A stretch of DNA of 63,902 nt, the filler included, from Aduncisulcus paluster (Eukaryota): NCBI GenBank assembly GCA_024181965.1. It is 6 parts of 6 records of this genome, joined end to end, with 100 filler letters (N's around TTAATTAATTAA, not from the genome) between each part and the next. Parts side by side here need not be neighbours in the genome. Positions count along the whole stretch, not along the records: positions 53,614 to 62,033 come from BQXS01012514.1; positions 62,134 to 63,902 come from BQXS01012572.1; 4 more parts are not named here. One strand, given 5' to 3'. The notes beneath the pieces were generated by a model that worked only from the letters and a program-made list of their open reading frames with translations, searched no databases and was not told the DNA's origin. Position 1 is the stretch's first letter; each line of letters begins with the position of its first letter. Position numbers and translations under genes: made by a program. Below, in pieces: positions 59,251 to 63,902 of the stretch.

Positions 59251-59787
59251 TTGTTAAATTCGATAATCAAAATCTTCTTTGAAATGGAAAGAATTGAACT
59301 ATTTATTCAAAATATATTTTTAAAATTAGATTACAAGAAAAAATCCGTTATATTATGGAAAAAGTATAGAACAGAACTTGGAAAAAAGAATTTGCCAAAA
59401 GCTGATGTTCATAAAGTGGTTCGATTTGATCTCAACTCGAATATTATTTCGAATATAATTGACGGAGAAAACTGGAAACTGGGGAATTCTTTCGAGCTTG
59501 AAAAGGTATTTCAAGGATTAAAAGAAGCAAATTATGACATTTCAATCAAACAAAAACGACAATTAGAAGAGTACCACGAAGCGTTATTATTTCCAGACCC
59601 TGTTGTTATCAAAAAGTCATATTCATCATTGGTCCCAATAATTGATTATTTTAACTCCATTCCATTCTCAGGGGCAGCAGTCGAACGTTTTTTCAGTATT
59701 GTTCATAGATATGATTCGAGATTAAGGAGTAATCAAAGCTCTGAAACTCTCATGTTAAACAGCATGAAAACATTCAATGGGCTCTAA
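59251..59787 (+). mobile_element. Third hAT transposase C-terminal fragment
   Basis: SIPFSGAAVERFFSIVHRYDSRLRSNQSSETL; shares G+K.AN..IS.+QK..L.EY with the ORF at 54468. Confidence 0.75.
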
Positions 59788-60079
59788 AATAATCACATTA
59801 ACATAAATATATTCTTATTTGTTTTAATTCTATTTGTTTAATAGAACCTTCTTCCTAATTCACAGTAATTTATGAAATACAACCCCACAAAAGATTGGCT
59901 CTATATTTGGTATTGACCAAAACAATATTTTTACAATTTCAAAATAATGGAAGCTTACTACAAAAAAATAATATAATTTAGAAAGATAATTATTACTTTA
60001 ATTAATGATTATGACATTTATTTATCAAATTGCGAAATCCCAAAAATGGGAATCACTGTGCAAAAAAAAACGGAACCCA

Positions 60080-60199
60080 TGTTATCTTTGTGTGTTCTCA
60101 TACATCATCTATACAGAACTAAATTATTTTATATCATAATTTTTGTTATATATCATTGACACATTGTTATACTACGCCAAAATTTACTAATTCATAACA
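60080..60199 (-). mobile_element. 3' LTR (120 bp) of chromovirus, preceded by polypurine tract (60213-60200)
   Basis: TGTTAT...ATAACA inverted termini directly after AGAAAAAGGAGAAA, just downstream of the pol stop. Confidence 0.7.
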
Positions 60200-60225
60200 T
60201 TTCTCCTTTTTCTGTAGGTCTGATC

Positions 60226-62033
60226 CTACTTCAACTTCCGTATTCTTTTCTTTTTGACATAATCCTTAACTTTTATCAAGGATTTCAAAGATTCATAACT
60301 TTGCCACGTTGTCGTCTCATGCGACCAACCTTTCCATCTTATCTTCAACATTAGACATCCATCAACTCGTTTGTGCTCCATAACTTCGTCAACTAATACC
60401 CAGCCATAATCCCTGGCTGCCAATGCTCTCATTTCTTCGATGTCACTGTCTGGATTAGTATTAAACGGCACAATTTCATCGATGTGCGTTTCTTCAACAT
60501 CAGTTTCATTGACTATACTCTTCAACAAGTACAGTCTCTGTGNNNNNNNNNNNNNNNNNNNNCTACTTCAACTTCCGTATTCTTTTCTTTTTGACATAAT
60601 CCTTAACTTTTATCAAGGATTTCAAAGATTCATAACTTTGCCACGTTGTCGTCTCATGCGACCAACCTTTCCATCTTATCTTCAACATTAGACATCCATC
60701 AACTCGTTTGTTCTCCATAACTTCGTCAACTAATACCCAGCCATAATCCCTGGCTGCCAATGCTCTCATTTCTTCGATGTCACTGTCTGGATTAGTATTA
60801 AACGGCACAATTTCATCGATGTGCGTTTCTTCAACATCAGTTTCATTGACTATACTCTTCAACAAGTACAGTCTCTGTGAAATCTTCTCTTCGACTTTAT
60901 ACGGTCCCATAAGGTCTGCATATAGCTTTCCTTCAGGTGATAACCGTCTTTTTAATACAAAAGAACCTATCACAAACTCAGGTTCTTCCCCTTCTCCCTT
61001 TTCAGTTCTTTTTCTCTGAAACATTTCGGCTCTTCTATGCAGCTGATCTATCTTCAACACCAAGTCGGTGACATACTCCTTGACGCCCTCTTTCGTCTGC
61101 TCAGGGAGCTCTTTCTCACTCTTCTTCATTTCCTGTACATGATTTGCATGCACTACCCTGCTCGGTTGACGACCCCTCAGCATTTCAAACGGAGTGCAGC
61201 CAATCGACGAGTGGAGAGTATTATTTAAGATACCCTGCACGATGGGAACGTACCTTGTCCATTGGTTTTCGAACATAATTTCAAGGAATAATGCACGCAT
61301 GTGCTTCTTAATCTCCCTATTGACCCTCTCAACCACCCCATTCCCCGTGGGATGATGGGCTATAGAGACATGGTGTTTCACTCTTAATGTGTCCCAAAGG
61401 TGGTCAGCCAAATAATTGCAAAACTGAGAGCCACCATCCGTATGTATAACTTCAGGCAGTCCGTGTCTAGCAAGTATAGGGATCAGAGCTGAACAAGCAA
61501 CTTCTTTCTCCAGTGATTCCACTGGAATCAACTCTACCCAATGTGTAAAAGCATCCACGACAGCAATTACATATTTCTCGGGCTCTTCTTCCTTTGAGAT
61601 CGTCAATGTGTCGACAAATAGAGTGTGAAACGGGATTTCGACCGAAATTGATAACTTAGGTGCTTTTGGGATTTTCTTATCCTTAATTTTCTGGCATATC
61701 GGACAGACTCTTACAAAATCAGCCACATCTTTATACATCGAAGGCCAGACATAACCTGATGCCCTTATATTGTGAGCTGTCGTTGCATATCCACCATGGC
61801 CTACCACGGCATTATGATGATCGCTAATAATGTGCTGGATAAGATCCCTGCTTTCACTGCTCAACGGAATCATATCTGCTTCATCAATGAACAATCCCTC
61901 TTCTTGTTCACACTTTGATCGAACTCTCTCAGATAATAGCTTTTGAGACTCCATAATTTGTTCTGTTCTCGCATCTGAAACTAAAATTCTCCTCACATGA
62001 CCGACTCTACTCAGAGCGTCCGCCACTTCATTT
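60226..62033 (-). mobile_element. Ty3/gypsy chromovirus pol 3' part: RNase H end, HHCC, integrase core, GPY/F, chromodomain (60226-60542 duplicates 60563-~60880 across a gap)
   Basis: ADALSR; H..GHGG..CPIC; D-D(35)E (VDTL, HTDGGSQF, NGVVERVN); GPY; chromodomain IRWKGWSHETTTWQS. Confidence 0.95.
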
Positions 62034-62133
62034 NNNNNNNNNNNNNNNNNNNNNNNNNNNNNNNNNNNNNNNNNNNNTTAATTAATTAANNNNNNNNNNN
62101 NNNNNNNNNNNNNNNNNNNNNNNNNNNNNNNNN

Positions 62134-62939
62134 CAAATATCTGGATTTTCCAGCTCTTCCACTTCTTTTTCTCCCAGAATCCAAGTAAACCATAAATGTT
62201 CCATTTCTACAATGTATATCATCAATACTCATCTTTACAAATGTATTGGCACGTTGAGTTGTGAAGAGAATCATTCCTAAAAAGAGCAGTTTCTGGAATT
62301 TTAAGAGGTCAGAATCCTGTATGACATCACATTCATTAGCTTGAGCAAGATGAATCTTTACCTTCTTGAACAATTCCATTGCTATGGCAGGATCGGCATG
62401 GCTAACTGTTTGTTCCTTCAGTCTTCTATTTGCAGCTCGTCTTATTTCTTTGAGAAATTGAATAAACTGTGGGAAATGATAACTTCTATTCTTTTCCTCA
62501 AGGAAGTTTCCAGCAAACTTCATTGCATATGTAATGTTTCTTGAAGCAGATGGCGCATATGATGCACAGTATGATCTTATCAAAGATCTTGAAGCAATAA
62601 ATCCCAATCCACACATTGAAAATACCTTTTGAGAGAATTTTCGATCGACAAATTCTTTGAGCAGGATTATCTGGAGAATATAATTGCATATTGTACCATT
62701 ATTCAAGGAAAAACTACTCATATAATTTATCAATTCACACACCAGTGCTGTTAACTGTCCATTATTGAAGACATATCCAGGTATTGTTTTGGCAATATCG
62801 TTTTCTACTCTCCGTAAGAATTCATCTTTTGACATCGCTCTTGGAATGCATTTACATTCAATACATTGTGAGAAGTCTGGACCTGGATTGTCAGGTTGAT
62901 CTGAGCAAAATCGAGCTCTACAGGTTGAACTTTTTTTCA
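62134..62939 (-). CDS. Tyrosine recombinase-like protein, N-terminal part through box I; 3'-truncated
   Basis: Helical core-binding-like region, then LLFLGMILFTTQRANTFVKMSIDDI (box I Arg, L...D+ patch) and a following Lys-containing strand. HxxR/Tyr boxes lie beyond the scaffold end. Confidence 0.6.
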
Positions 62940-63902
62940 CTATAAAATATTAGAAATATATATGAAAAAGAAACCAAATAGAGAAAATAATATTATAAAT
63001 ATAAATAACGATAGTGTAGGAACAAATATAAATATATGCAAAAAAAAATTGAAAGCATTTAGCAGTCGGTTAAAAAATCGTATAGGAAAAGAAAAAGGGT
63101 TATAAAAAAGAATAAAAACCACACCAGCCAGAGTATAATAGTATGAAAATATAATAAAACCGGGTTAGGAGGTCATAACACTGAAAAAAGATAACAAACA
63201 GGCTTCAATTACATACTTTTTTTTTGATTGCAAAGAAAAACCCGAATATCAAACTTCGAATCTGTGCTAAAAATAGATCATCTGAGAATATTTCGAGACT
63301 CAAGGGATGAGAAGGTCTATGTGAGAGCAATACAATCAGCATATTCTTGATTTTTATTCTCGCACAGTATAAACGTTTATTTAAGAAAAACTCCGCGGAG
63401 AAAAGAAAAGAGAAAACGGCCATTAGATCCCGAAGGAGCATTAGCAAATTTAGTGCATCTCGCACACAAAGTATGGAACACCAGAGCTGAGGGATGTTAG
63501 AGGTGCTAGTCGTACTGGTCAGCACGTCTCCCCGGAGGGTACGTAGTCTGTTTCCAGCAGTCACACCAGGTCTAGCCCCTCACTGCTCAGTGGCAGTATA
63601 AGGCTATGTCAGCCTGAGCACCAATCGGTGAGTCAAGACTGGCTTCCTTGTTTATAGTAGGGCTAATAAGCCCCAATTTTCATGTGTCTCCTTCACTGAG
63701 AGAGCATAAGCGGCACCATAGTGGTGAGCACCAGGGCTTTTCAGGGACAGGAGGAATATGTGTTGATGGAGAGGAGTATGTGTCATAATGGAAAGATCCA
63801 CCAAGAGAGGTCAAGGTTAGCACCATGAGGGGGGGTGAGTAACCAAGAGGTCTCATTGGTAGAGTATAATGTGAAGTATTTTGCATTGTAATACCCTCAT
63901 GG

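Noticed and set aside
63480..63680. HEARO/omegaRNA or group I intron similarity (CAGACTACGT, GGGCTT..AGCCC)
   Set aside because: Only isolated words match; no S element, and no IscB/TnpB/Fanzor ORF adjacent.
1..63902. Genome-wide TAA/TAG = Gln code suggested by in-frame stops (542, ~41171, ~43870)
   Set aside because: eS1, uL15 and SPATA17 end in TAA at expected positions, and multi-kilobase ORFs contain no TAR codons.

Overview
AT-rich, intron-containing eukaryotic (protist) DNA. It is not one locus but six scaffold pieces joined by artificial N44-TTAATTAATTAA-N44 linkers (5070-5169, 20833-20932, 40937-41036, 53514-53613, 62034-62133). Seven 20-N gaps are each flanked by duplicated overlap. 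Gene content, short GTATGT/GTAAGT..AG introns and the kinase family suggest a flagellated metamonad such as Aduncisulcus/Carpediemonas-like (inference only). Host genes: mid-SUN protein with one in-frame TAA, SPATA17, SH3 protein, a ~3,400-aa coiled-coil protein ending in a MAP65/Ase1/PRC1-like domain, SCYL2-like pseudokinase, a 5S rRNA tandem array (534-bp unit), RING-TM protein, eS1, penta-EF-hand protein, LRRC45, uL15, TMEM249, steroid 5-alpha-reductase, a CTFxP-repeat protein, SPCS1, a Ser/Thr kinase and a BIG/Sec7-type C-terminus. The last 10 kb is a transposon nest: three hAT remnants, a complete-ended CACTA/Plavaka-like element, a chromovirus with a 120-bp LTR and a tyrosine recombinase. 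Best leads: a 4.1-kb kinase cassette bounded by an exact 19-bp direct repeat; a dispersed ~590-bp element with covarying hairpins beside a CCA-adding-enzyme fragment; and the giant 99-residue-periodic MAP65-type rod.
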